Position numbers and translations under genes: made by a program
Part shown: positions 17,757 through 27,001 of the stretch, in pieces
Position numbering within the stretch: the stretch's first letter is position 1
Layout of the letters: each line of letters begins with the position of its first letter
Assembly (NCBI GenBank): GCA_038883715.1
Contig: JAVZLS010000006.1
Span: 1 to 64,000 of the forward strand
DNA: 64,000 nt
From: Candidatus Bathyarchaeia archaeon
GTDB lineage: Archaea; Thermoproteota; Bathyarchaeia; Bathyarchaeales; Bathycorpusculaceae
Reading direction: 5' to 3'
Notes under the pieces: generated by a model
The model's database searches: none
What the model was told of the DNA's origin: nothing
Seen by the model: only the letters and a program-made list of their open reading frames with translations

Positions 17757-20441
17757 TTGTTAAGGTTAAAATTGAATCAATTGTTTGCTCTGATTCTAAT
17801 ATGCTTCTTTATTTTGCCCGTGCTCCCTGTAGGTGTTTTAGATACTTTAGAGGATATGCCTAACACTACTGTAGAGGCTATTATTGTTGCGAAAAGTCAT
17901 TTTATTGACGTCCCATTTTATTATCAAGTGAAAACTTACTATTGTGGTCCATCTGCTTTGCAGATGGTTTTTAACTATTTTGGCGAGAATATTTCCCAGC
18001 TTGAGATCGCTGATGTTGCGCGAACAGTTCCTTATGTGACTTATACTGATGAGCTTAGGAGAGCGGCTCACTTTAGTGACATGAGCACTTCCATGGGAAG
18101 CGAAATGTCGGAAAACATAACGGGATACTCTGCTAGAAAGTTGGGATACGCCGCCTTTGAAATGTTCAGTATGACTCTAGATGATTTAAAGACCCTTATT
18201 GACAGGAATTTCCCCATAATTTTGCTTATGAGGTGGGTTCCAAACGAGCCATATGGCCATTATAGGGTCGCTGTAGGCTATAATGCGACGCATGTTTTCT
18301 TGCATGATCCGTGGAATAATGTACTTTGGGGCGGAGACTACGGCGGTCCAAACCTGCCTATGAATTACACTTTCTTTAATGAAATGTGGGACTATTCTGG
18401 CCATTGGGGGTTATTCGTTTCTCCATGGAATGTTAAAATTATAGCACCAACCAACCTTTACGTCGGCCAAACATGCACAGTTACGGCAGCTGTTTCCTAT
18501 GTGTGTCCCCCTCAAACTCCCACCGACATTTATAAAGCCTCTTCATGTAAAGCAACAATAACCTTGCCAGAAGGATTAGCCCTTGCTGATGGTGAATCAC
18601 CAATTAAAAGCTTGGGAGAAATTTACGCCGGTGGTAGCGCTCAAATTTCTTGGAGGGTGAGAGTTGAGCGTCCAGGAAATTATTCGATATCGGTTGAGGC
18701 AGAAGGGAAAATTACTGGAATTGTTGGAGCTAAAACCGATGTCGGCCCAGGCTATCAATATGAAGACAGGATAGGAGGGCGCGGCTTAGGTTTTGTAAGT
18801 GCGGAAGTTGCCCCGCACATATACATCGAAGCAATTAAGCCAGCTGAAGGTGCTCCGGGAACGGAAGTTTTCATTTTTGGAGGGGGAGCCACTCCGAATG
18901 GGACCGTGGTTGCCTTACTCAGTGGACCGATAAATCAGACAACCGTTATTATAGGTTCACAACAAGCAGAAATCCAAGAAGGCGTAACAATCATAGTTAA
19001 CAAGACTTTAGGATATACAGTGGCAGATTCCAACGGGTTCTGGTCTATACAATCCACCGTGCCCAACGTGCCATCGGGAGAATACAAAATCTTTGTTTTG
19101 GACAATTCCACCCAAACAAGCGACGTAACCAGATTTTACGTTTTATCATCAACCCCGGCTCAAATAAAGATAGAGCATATCAGCACAGTTGAGGGATATC
19201 CCGGTACTTTGGTTTTCATTGCGGGACATGGCGCGACCTCAAAAGGTGAAGTTAAGATCTACTTTGACCATTTAAACGTCGCAAGCACAATAGCATACGA
19301 CGACGGAGGGTGGTCAACAACCTTCATTGTTCCAAATGTTAACTCCGGAAACTATACAATTTTATCCTTAGACGTCACATCCAACACCTCTGACACCGTG
19401 GCGTTTAGAGTGCTGGAGATTGCTCAACGAAGCGTTGGAGTCAAGGAAGGCGACTGGGCAAAATACAACATAACCTATTACTATTCAACAAACGATCCCG
19501 CAGCACCCATTTCTCCCATTCCTCCTATCTTCGCCGACATAGATTATCTGCTAATAAGAATCATTTCAGTCGTTAGAACCAACGTCACCTACCAGCTTAT
19601 TATACGCTATAAGAATGGCACTGAACAGGAAAGTATCTCGTGGTTGGATGTAACCACAGGCTTGACCGATTACGGAGTCACAATGCCTTATGGACCGATT
19701 ATTGCGGCAAACCTTACAGCGGGTGATCGGGTTTATCTTAATGCTTACGCCCCAACTATAAATTTAACATCTATAGCATTTTATGCAGGTTTACAAAGGG
19801 AGATTAATTCGCTTTTAATAAAAGCAGAAACCACCATTCCAGACTATTATAGAACAGTTATGACTTTCGAAATTCGCTGGGACAGGATAAGCGGCATGTT
19901 ATGTGAACAAAAAGTGAACGCCAGCTACATCAACATGGAAAAAGGCTACGAAACCAACATGTTTGTTCAGGTAATTATAACAGAGACAAACATTTGGACT
20001 AAACCAAGCGCCATAAATGTGAAAGTGTGTTTCTGCCCGCAAATATTATGCTTAAGAAGCAGAGGCAAATGGATAATTTGCATTGTTAAGCTTCCTAGAG
20101 ACTATACCGTGAAAGATGTCGGCACGTCAGTAATAATGCTTAACGGAACCATTAAAGGCGAAGTTGTTAACAAGGCTGAAAAAAGTCGCTATTTAATTGT
20201 TAAGTTTGATAGAAAAGCTGTCATCGAACTTGTCTATAATGTGACCGCCTGCAATAAAAAGCTTGGAAAGGTATCCTTAACAATAATTGGCGAATTCAAG
20301 GATGGAACAACCTTTTCTGGTACAGCCGCTATATTAATAGTTATGCCACCCGGCAAATATGCCGAGGCTAAAGATTGCACCACTTGCCCATACTTCAAAA
20401 GATCATATTTCATTTTTTGTGGCGTTCCCAATTGCAGCTAA
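17757..20441 (+). CDS. Secreted multidomain C39-like cysteine peptidase with Ig/IPT-like repeats
   Basis: Signal peptide; YYQVKTYYCGPSAL (Gln/Cys), GHYRVAVGY (His), HDPW (Asp); two G.PGT.VFI.G.GAT repeats. Confidence 0.8.
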   Translation: MLRLKLNQLFALILICFFILPVLPVGVLDTLEDMPNTTVEAIIVAKSHFIDVPFYYQVKTYYCGPSALQMVFNYFGENISQLEIADVARTVPYVTYTDELRRAAHFSDMSTSMGSEMSENITGYSARKLGYAAFEMFSMTLDDLKTLIDRNFPIILLMRWVPNEPYGHYRVAVGYNATHVFLHDPWNNVLWGGDYGGPNLPMNYTFFNEMWDYSGHWGLFVSPWNVKIIAPTNLYVGQTCTVTAAVSYVCPPQTPTDIYKASSCKATITLPEGLALADGESPIKSLGEIYAGGSAQISWRVRVERPGNYSISVEAEGKITGIVGAKTDVGPGYQYEDRIGGRGLGFVSAEVAPHIYIEAIKPAEGAPGTEVFIFGGGATPNGTVVALLSGPINQTTVIIGSQQAEIQEGVTIIVNKTLGYTVADSNGFWSIQSTVPNVPSGEYKIFVLDNSTQTSDVTRFYVLSSTPAQIKIEHISTVEGYPGTLVFIAGHGATSKGEVKIYFDHLNVASTIAYDDGGWSTTFIVPNVNSGNYTILSLDVTSNTSDTVAFRVLEIAQRSVGVKEGDWAKYNITYYYSTNDPAAPISPIPPIFADIDYLLIRIISVVRTNVTYQLIIRYKNGTEQESISWLDVTTGLTDYGVTMPYGPIIAANLTAGDRVYLNAYAPTINLTSIAFYAGLQREINSLLIKAETTIPDYYRTVMTFEIRWDRISGMLCEQKVNASYINMEKGYETNMFVQVIITETNIWTKPSAINVKVCFCPQILCLRSRGKWIICIVKLPRDYTVKDVGTSVIMLNGTIKGEVVNKAEKSRYLIVKFDRKAVIELVYNVTACNKKLGKVSLTIIGEFKDGTTFSGTAAILIVMPPGKYAEAKDCTTCPYFKRSYFIFCGVPNCS

Positions 20442-20462
20442 TAGCTTTAAAGTTAGTGATTG

Positions 20463-21089
20463 TTAGTTTAAGTTTTTGATTCTGTTTATGAATTCTTCTC
20501 TTTCTTTTTCCACTTCTTTTATCCTCTGTTTTAGGAATGCGAGTTCTTCGGAGATTTCTTCAAGCCAGCCTTTTATGGCTTTCACGCCTTCTTCCGGTGT
20601 CATTTCTGCGAGGTATTTGGAAACATCCTGCGGTTTGCGTTTTTCCAGAGCGGTTAGCGGATAGTTGATTTTTGGGGGCTTTAGAAAGGGGAAAAAGTGT
20701 CTTGTAGTTCTTGGTTCCATAAGCTTTCCGCTTAGAGCCGCCGTGACCACGTTTTCAGCCGTTATGGGTGAGTTTGAATTTCCAATGTACCTGTGGATGC
20801 GCCTCCTACCGATGCGAATTTGGGGATTTTGAAAAATGTTGACGCATAGAACCGGTATTTGTGTGTAGCCCAAGCTTTTTAGGGCGAGCCAACGGTGCAT
20901 TCCGTCAATTATGACATTTGTCTTTTCATCGGCAATTATTGGATATTTTAGAACGCCGTCTCGTAGAATCTCCTTTTTCAGCATCTCCAAATATAGAGGG
21001 GAGCCTTTCTCATGAGGCTTTAATGCGTCAATTGGTAAAAGTACAATTTTGAACGCCTCTGTCTTTTCGGTTTGGGTTGCGGTTGCCAC
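20463..21089 (-). CDS. ParB/Srx-fold protein resembling free serine kinase SerK/SbnI, with C-terminal coiled coil
   Basis: LKPHE, PIIAD, IIDGMHRW, MEPRTTRHFFPF motifs; likely GTG start at 21089 (ORF track extends to 21152). Confidence 0.65.
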   Translation of the reverse strand: MATATQTEKTEAFKIVLLPIDALKPHEKGSPLYLEMLKKEILRDGVLKYPIIADEKTNVIIDGMHRWLALKSLGYTQIPVLCVNIFQNPQIRIGRRRIHRYIGNSNSPITAENVVTAALSGKLMEPRTTRHFFPFLKPPKINYPLTALEKRKPQDVSKYLAEMTPEEGVKAIKGWLEEISEELAFLKQRIKEVEKEREEFINRIKNLN

Positions 21090-21111
21090 TTGCCTGTCGC
21101 CCTTAAGGGGG

Positions 21112-22473
21112 TTATTTAACAATTGTTGGAACCTCGATTTTTTCCGGCTCATAATCCACCAGTTTTCCTGCCAAGAACTGCTCGTAGGCGCCTAAATCCA
21201 ATAGTCCGTGCCCGCTATAGTTCATGGCGATAACCTTCTTCTCACCAGTTTTTCGACACCGCAAGGCTTCGTCTATAACGAATTTCAGGCTGTGGGCTGT
21301 TTCAGGTGCTATTATTAGGCCTTCTGCTTGCGCTAGAATTTGGGCTGCTTGGAAGACTTCAGTTTGGTGGTAGGCGACTGAACGCATATACCCCCTATGG
21401 ATTAGGTATGATATTGAGGGTGCCATGCCATGGTATCTTAAGCCTCCAGCATGTATTGGGGGACACGCGTAGCCATGTCCTATTGTGAGCATTTTAAGCA
21501 GCGGCGTCATTTCAGCCGTGTCGCCGAAATCGTACGTGTAAACTCCTTTGGTTGTGTGGGGAACAGCCTTAGACTCGCAAGCCACAAACTCTGTTTCAGT
21601 TTTGCCCCTAAGCTTGTCCATCATGAACGGATAGCAGAAACCAGCATAGTTGGAGCCCCCGCCTATGCATCCGCAAACGATATCCGGGTACTCGCCAATG
21701 ATCTCAAGCTGTTTTTTGGCTTCCAAGCCTATGATGGTCTGGTGCAACAGCACATGGTTTAGAACTGAGCCCAAAGAATACCTCGTGTCCTCATGTGTTA
21801 TCGTGTCCTCTATGGCTTCACTTATGGCGATGCCCAAAGTTCCCGGATGATTTGGGTTTTCCTTCAAGAGCTTTCTGCCAAAGTTTGTCTGGTCGCTTGG
21901 TGAAGGAAACATCTCAGCGCCATATAACTGTGCTATGGTTCTTCTTCCGGGCTTCTGCTGGCAGCTTACGCGAACCATGTATATGCGGCATTTCAAACTG
22001 AAAATTGTACACGCGAAAGCCAGTGCCGTGCCCCACTGTCCAGCACCGGTTTCCGTTACAAGCCTTTTTATGCCTTGTTCCTTGTTGTAGTAGGCTTGGG
22101 CTATGGCAGTATTCGTCTTGTGGCTTCCAGTTGGGCTAAAATTCTCGCATTTAAAGTATATTTTCGCCGGAGTTTTCAGAAACCTTTCAAGCCTTCTAGC
22201 CCTATAAAGCGGCGTTGGGCGGGGCAATCGCAAATAGGCGTCTAAAACCTCTTCTGGAATTTTTATGAAACGTTCTGTGGAAACCTCTTGCCTAATCAGC
22301 TCCTTTGCAAATATTCTCTCCAGGAGTTTTGGGTCTATGGGTTTTAGGGTTGTGGGATCCAACGGCGGCGGAAGCGGCTCCGGCAGGTCTGCTTGAATGT
22401 TGTACCATGCAGTGGGGATTTCATCAGCGCCTAACATTGTGAAGTATTCGCTTTTCTGAACTTTAAAGCTCAT
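21112..22473 (-). CDS. trpB2: TrpB2 (tryptophan synthase beta-2 family)
   Basis: IPTAWYNI, RPTPLYRA, SPTGSHK, TETGAGQWG, GSVLNHV, GGGSN, HAGGLRYHG, APETAH, SGHGLLDL. Confidence 0.95.
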   Translation of the reverse strand: MSFKVQKSEYFTMLGADEIPTAWYNIQADLPEPLPPPLDPTTLKPIDPKLLERIFAKELIRQEVSTERFIKIPEEVLDAYLRLPRPTPLYRARRLERFLKTPAKIYFKCENFSPTGSHKTNTAIAQAYYNKEQGIKRLVTETGAGQWGTALAFACTIFSLKCRIYMVRVSCQQKPGRRTIAQLYGAEMFPSPSDQTNFGRKLLKENPNHPGTLGIAISEAIEDTITHEDTRYSLGSVLNHVLLHQTIIGLEAKKQLEIIGEYPDIVCGCIGGGSNYAGFCYPFMMDKLRGKTETEFVACESKAVPHTTKGVYTYDFGDTAEMTPLLKMLTIGHGYACPPIHAGGLRYHGMAPSISYLIHRGYMRSVAYHQTEVFQAAQILAQAEGLIIAPETAHSLKFVIDEALRCRKTGEKKVIAMNYSGHGLLDLGAYEQFLAGKLVDYEPEKIEVPTIVK

Positions 22474-22486
22474 TATTATTCACCTA

Positions 22487-22559
22487 TGTACATTTTGATA
22501 CGTTTAAGCACATAATAAAACATTGAACATATTTATACTTTATTGCACAAAAAAGTACA
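22487..22559. promoter_or_regulatory. TRP-box (TGTACA-like) operator arrays in the divergent trpB2/trpY promoter
   Basis: TGTACA 22487, AGCACA 22507, TGAACA 22524, TATACT 22534, TGCACA 22544, AGTACA 22554; 10-bp phasing; overlaps TTTATA at 22532. Confidence 0.75.
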
Positions 22560-22575
22560 TTAGGCAGACAGAAAC

Positions 22576-23079
22576 ATGTGGAACACGATAAAAAAGCACT
22601 TCGAAAACTATCCAGAACGCCTAAAAGTAGCCAGAATCCTCGTAGAAAACGGACTAAGCATAAAAAATGGAAAAATATACTTGAACGAGATAGAGATTCC
22701 GCCAACACGAATAGCAAGAGTGACAGGAGTAGACAGGAGAACAGTAAACGAAACAATAAACACTATAAGAGCGAACCGCGAACTCCGCCTAATATTCGAA
22801 GGCTTAAGGTCAGCTGGGCACTCCCTAAAAGAAATAGCAAAACATTTGGAACTCGGCGTGGTAGAAATAACTCCAGTGGATGCCAGAATGCCTGGCATAT
22901 TGGCAAATTCAGCCATGATACTAGCAAAAAACGGCCTAAGTATAAGACAGGCAATAGTTGACGACCCAGAGCTGTCACCAGAACCAAAGCTAACACTTAT
23001 TGTGGAAAGGAAAGTTCCGGGCGAGCTCATCCCCGAATTCTTAAAAGTTAAAGGCGTTGCTAAAGTCTCTATTTACTAA
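22576..23079 (+). CDS. trpY: TrpY-type tryptophan-responsive regulator (HTH + ACT, COG2150)
   Basis: MW..I...FENYP.R.KVA, GVDRRTV, GVVEI...DARMPGILA, SIRQA..DDPEL, C-terminal VSIY; divergent from trpB2 with TRP boxes between. Confidence 0.85.
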   Translation: MWNTIKKHFENYPERLKVARILVENGLSIKNGKIYLNEIEIPPTRIARVTGVDRRTVNETINTIRANRELRLIFEGLRSAGHSLKEIAKHLELGVVEITPVDARMPGILANSAMILAKNGLSIRQAIVDDPELSPEPKLTLIVERKVPGELIPEFLKVKGVAKVSIY

Positions 23080-24028
23080 AAAATTTGTCAACGATAAGCT
23101 TTGCGACGGCGGCGTCTTGTATTGCCAGACCAACAGCCTTGAAGATTGTTATTTCCTTATTGTTAGTTCGTCCGGGTTTTTTGTGTGTAACGATTTCGCC
23201 TAATTCGGCGTATATGTGCTTTTCCGTGACGGTTCCTTCTTTAATCGGTATTATTATGTCGCCAGCTTCTTCTAATGCTGCCCTTTTTAGGTCTACGATA
23301 ACCTTTGATTTTACTATGGTTTCTGTGTCTAGCTCTCTGGCGTGTGGGTAATATGAGCCTATAGCGTTGATATGAGTCCCCTCCCTCACCCACTCTCCCT
23401 TAACCACCGGGTCAGCGGATGTTGTGGCTGTTATTATTATGTCGGAATCTTTAACAGCGTCGACAGGTGAATTTACAGGTGCCACGTCTACGCCCAATTT
23501 TTTGGACATTTCATCGGCGAAGGCTCTTTTTGCATTTTCTATTTTGTCGTATGCGTAAACTTTCTCTATGTCTCTAACTTCTTTAACAGCCCATAACTGA
23601 GTTCTGCCTTGCACCCCACAGCCTATTATTCCAACCTTCTTTGAATCTTTCCGCGCCAAATATTTTGTTGCCACTCCGCTGACTGCGCCCGTTCTAATCG
23701 CGGTTAAGTATGTGGCATCCATCACAGCGGTTACTTTCCCCGTTTCCAAGTCATAAACTAAAAGGGTGGCAACTGTTGTTGGAAGATTGTACTTCACGTT
23801 GTTTGGGAATATTCCAAAAACCTTTGTAACGGCTATTTTTGTCTCTTCTAAATATGCGCTCATTTGGGAGATGCTTCCATTTTTCAGCATGAGGGTTGTT
23901 CGTTCCGGCAGCATCGCCTTTCCTAAATATAGCTCCTTAAAGGCTTCTTCGACGGCGTCTATGGCTTCTTGCATAGTTATGAGACGTTGTATGTCAGCAT
24001 CGCTCAGAAAAAGCATTGAAAATGACAC
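23069..24028 (-). CDS. Ornithine cyclodeaminase/mu-crystallin family protein (imine reductase / alanine dehydrogenase-like)
   Basis: LTAIRTGAVSGVAT, GCGVQG, HINAIGS, EEAGD, FKAVGLAIQD motifs. Confidence 0.9.
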   Translation of the reverse strand: MSFSMLFLSDADIQRLITMQEAIDAVEEAFKELYLGKAMLPERTTLMLKNGSISQMSAYLEETKIAVTKVFGIFPNNVKYNLPTTVATLLVYDLETGKVTAVMDATYLTAIRTGAVSGVATKYLARKDSKKVGIIGCGVQGRTQLWAVKEVRDIEKVYAYDKIENAKRAFADEMSKKLGVDVAPVNSPVDAVKDSDIIITATTSADPVVKGEWVREGTHINAIGSYYPHARELDTETIVKSKVIVDLKRAALEEAGDIIIPIKEGTVTEKHIYAELGEIVTHKKPGRTNNKEITIFKAVGLAIQDAAVAKLIVDKFFSK

Positions 24029-25036
24029 CTAGCTCAATAGGAAGCCATATTTTATCGGGTCATCTTTTTCTATTATGCACTGTTGTAAACCTATTATGTA
24101 TGCCCTTGCGGAGAGCTTTGGCACTATCGCCTTATATTTGCCGACTTTTGTTTCCCGGCAGATTTCGCCGATCATTGTTAGGTCTGGATGAACCAAACTC
24201 TCAACGATTAAGCGTTCCCCTGTCTTGAATTTTCCCTTAGCCCAAAGCGTAGCTAACTTGGCACTGACAGATGTTCCGGCCGGTGATACACATATCGTGT
24301 CCGCGTAGACATTTGCGTGCCTAGCGTTGTGTTCGGGTTTGATGGGTTTGGCTGAGAAGGTTACAAGTTCAATTTTGTTTAATTCTGGGTTTTCTGGGTG
24401 CTCCACTTTTATTTGCTTGTTTGCCGCATTAAGTATTTTCATGCCAACTTGGATTAGTTCACGTGCATTTTCCGGCTTAACTTGGACGCCGACATCATCT
24501 GGGTCAACAAATACGTAGTAAAGCCCACCGAAAGCTACGTCCACGTTGATTTCGCCGATATCTGGAACCTTAACTTTCTTTGCGCCTTCATAGAAGGATG
24601 AGATGCCTTCAAAGGATATTTCTTGGACTTCGCCATTCTCAACTTTTGCCTCCACCTTAACGAGTCCTGCGGCGGTGTCAAGGGTTATTTCTGTTATTGG
24701 TTCTTCAACTTCAACCATTCCTTGTTCAATTAAGACTTTTGTCACGCTGAATGTGCTGTCTCCACAAGAGTTGAAGTAGCCGCCGGTGTATGTAAATATC
24801 ACACCATAATCTGCCTTTGGATTGGCTGGTTCGGTGATTATAGCGCCCAATATTCCCGAGAAGCCTCTCGGCTGCATCATTAGGGCTTTTCTCCAGTTGT
24901 CAAAATGCTCTTTACAGTACTGTGTCTTCTCCCACATTGTTTTACCTGGAATCCGTGGGAAGCCGCTCACAACAACCTTGGTTGTTTCACCAGAAGAATG
25001 AGTTTCAACAACCGTTATCACTTTTCCAACCTTCAT
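24029..25036 (-). CDS. Proline racemase-family protein with atypical catalytic motifs
   Basis: THSSGE, PRG, SCGD (cf. MCGH), DVAFGG, SPAGTS (cf. SPCGTG), DDPIKYGF; ATG at 25036. Confidence 0.85.
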   Translation of the reverse strand: MKVGKVITVVETHSSGETTKVVVSGFPRIPGKTMWEKTQYCKEHFDNWRKALMMQPRGFSGILGAIITEPANPKADYGVIFTYTGGYFNSCGDSTFSVTKVLIEQGMVEVEEPITEITLDTAAGLVKVEAKVENGEVQEISFEGISSFYEGAKKVKVPDIGEINVDVAFGGLYYVFVDPDDVGVQVKPENARELIQVGMKILNAANKQIKVEHPENPELNKIELVTFSAKPIKPEHNARHANVYADTICVSPAGTSVSAKLATLWAKGKFKTGERLIVESLVHPDLTMIGEICRETKVGKYKAIVPKLSARAYIIGLQQCIIEKDDPIKYGFLLS

Positions 25037-25146
25037 ACAGATTCCCCGCACGGAGATGACTGTTAAGGGTATGTTGAATATAAAAATCTTGAGCATAAAA
25101 TTTTAAAGGTTTGGGAGAAGATATGCGTGCTAAGTGGTGACGAGAA

Positions 25147-26985
25147 ATGTATGGATGGAACGGCAGAATTTTAAGGGTAAACCTTTCAAAGAAAAAAGTT
25201 GAAGTTGAGGAGTACAACGCTGATTTTGCATTAAAATATATTGGTGGAAGGGGCTTCGCCGCTAAAATCCTCTTTGACGAATTAAAACCGGGAATTGATC
25301 CTCTTGGTCCTGAAAACAAGCTTATAGTTGCCGCTGGTCCGCTGACAGGTCTTCCGGGACCAAGTTTGGGGAAGCTGGTTATAGCTGCTAAAAGTCCGCT
25401 TACTGGGGGTTATGGGGATGGAAATGCTGGAACCATAGCTGCTGTGCAGATGCGCAGAGCTGGCTTTGACGCCTTAGTTGTTGATGGAAAAGCCGAAAAG
25501 CCCGTTTATATTTATGTGGAGGAGGAGAAGGGCTACATTTTAAGCGCAGATGGCTTGTGGGGCAAGACAACTTTTGAGACAGAGAAGGAGCTTAAAGAGG
25601 TGCATGGCAAAGACGTTGGAGTGCTCGTCATAGGACCCGGCGGAGAAAACATTGTTAGATACGCAACAGTTGTTTCACAGGAGGGACGCGCTGGCGGTAG
25701 ACCAGGAATGGGCGCTGTTATGGGTTCTAAAAAGGTTAAGGCTATAGTTTTTAAGGGTTCAAGAGATATTCCTTTAGCAAATCCCGAGGATTATAATAAG
25801 CTTGTTAAGGAATCTTACGACGATATTAAGAACAGAGATTATTATGGTTTCTGGATAAGACAGGGAACTATGGCGACTATAGATTGGGCTAATGAAAACG
25901 GTGTCTTGCCCACCTATAACTTTAGAGAAGGCATCTTTGAATTTGGCAATCTTATCAACGGGTTTGCAATGGAGGCGGCTAAGGTTAAACGCAGAGGATG
26001 CCCCTACTGTAATATGGCTTGCGGCAATGTTGTCCTCGACTGCGAGGGGAGGGAGTCCGAGCTTGACTATGAGAACGTTGCCATGTTAGGCTCGAATATT
26101 GGTTTGGGGCATCTTGGAAAAGTCTCTGTTCTAAACAGGATTGCAGATGAACTAGGCATAGACACCATTTCTTTGGGCAATACCATAGGATTCGCAATGG
26201 AAGCAACCGAGAAAGGACTTATTAAGGACGGAGTGGAATGGGGAGACTTTGAAAAACTAAAAGCCCTAATTTACGATATTGCATACCGACGGGGGGAGCT
26301 AGGAAACCTATTAGCTGAAGGAGTTATGCGAATAAGTCAAAAACTCGGTGGAGACTCGCAAAATTGGGCTATGCATGTTAAGGGACTGGAAGCATCAGCT
26401 TATGACTGCCACACTGTTCCCGGAATGGCTCTCGCTTTTGCAACATCTTCTATAGGGGCTCACCATAAAGAGGCTTGGGTCATTGCCTGGGAAATAAGAA
26501 CGGATAGGGAAGGATATACGGAGGCCAAAGTGGATAAGGTAATAGAGTTCCAGAGGATAAGGGGAGGCATGTTTGAATCCCTTGTTGCATGCCGCCTCCC
26601 ATGGATTGAGCTTGGCTTCCCATTGGATTGGTACCAGAGGCTTATGAAGATGGCTACTGGCATGGAGGTAACCCTTGAAGAAATGCTTTACAACGTGGCT
26701 GATAGGATATACGCCCTAATAAGGGCCTTCTGGGTGAGGGAGTTCGGCCAAAACTGGAGCCGCCTAATGGATTATCCGCCAAAACGCTGGTTTACAGAGC
26801 CCATAACGAAGGGTTCCCACAAGGGGAAAATGCTTAACCAAGCAAGGTTCGAAATGCTTCTTGACATGTATTATGCGAAACGCGGATGGGATAAGAGGGG
26901 GATACCAACGCTGACAACCTTTGAGAGGCTTGGCTTAAAGGACGTGGCACAACAACTATCGAAAACTGTCACTTTAACTCAATAA
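25147..26985 (+). CDS. Tungsten aldehyde:ferredoxin oxidoreductase (FOR-like)
   Basis: [68 protein letters not shown]. Confidence 0.93.
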   Translation: MYGWNGRILRVNLSKKKVEVEEYNADFALKYIGGRGFAAKILFDELKPGIDPLGPENKLIVAAGPLTGLPGPSLGKLVIAAKSPLTGGYGDGNAGTIAAVQMRRAGFDALVVDGKAEKPVYIYVEEEKGYILSADGLWGKTTFETEKELKEVHGKDVGVLVIGPGGENIVRYATVVSQEGRAGGRPGMGAVMGSKKVKAIVFKGSRDIPLANPEDYNKLVKESYDDIKNRDYYGFWIRQGTMATIDWANENGVLPTYNFREGIFEFGNLINGFAMEAAKVKRRGCPYCNMACGNVVLDCEGRESELDYENVAMLGSNIGLGHLGKVSVLNRIADELGIDTISLGNTIGFAMEATEKGLIKDGVEWGDFEKLKALIYDIAYRRGELGNLLAEGVMRISQKLGGDSQNWAMHVKGLEASAYDCHTVPGMALAFATSSIGAHHKEAWVIAWEIRTDREGYTEAKVDKVIEFQRIRGGMFESLVACRLPWIELGFPLDWYQRLMKMATGMEVTLEEMLYNVADRIYALIRAFWVREFGQNWSRLMDYPPKRWFTEPITKGSHKGKMLNQARFEMLLDMYYAKRGWDKRGIPTLTTFERLGLKDVAQQLSKTVTLTQ

Positions 26986-27001
26986 CCTTTTCATTTTTAA
27001 A

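Noticed and set aside
20463-21152. Chromosome-partitioning ParB
   Set aside because: No parA neighbour or HTH; carries the SerK-type PHE and TTRH motifs and sits behind trpB2
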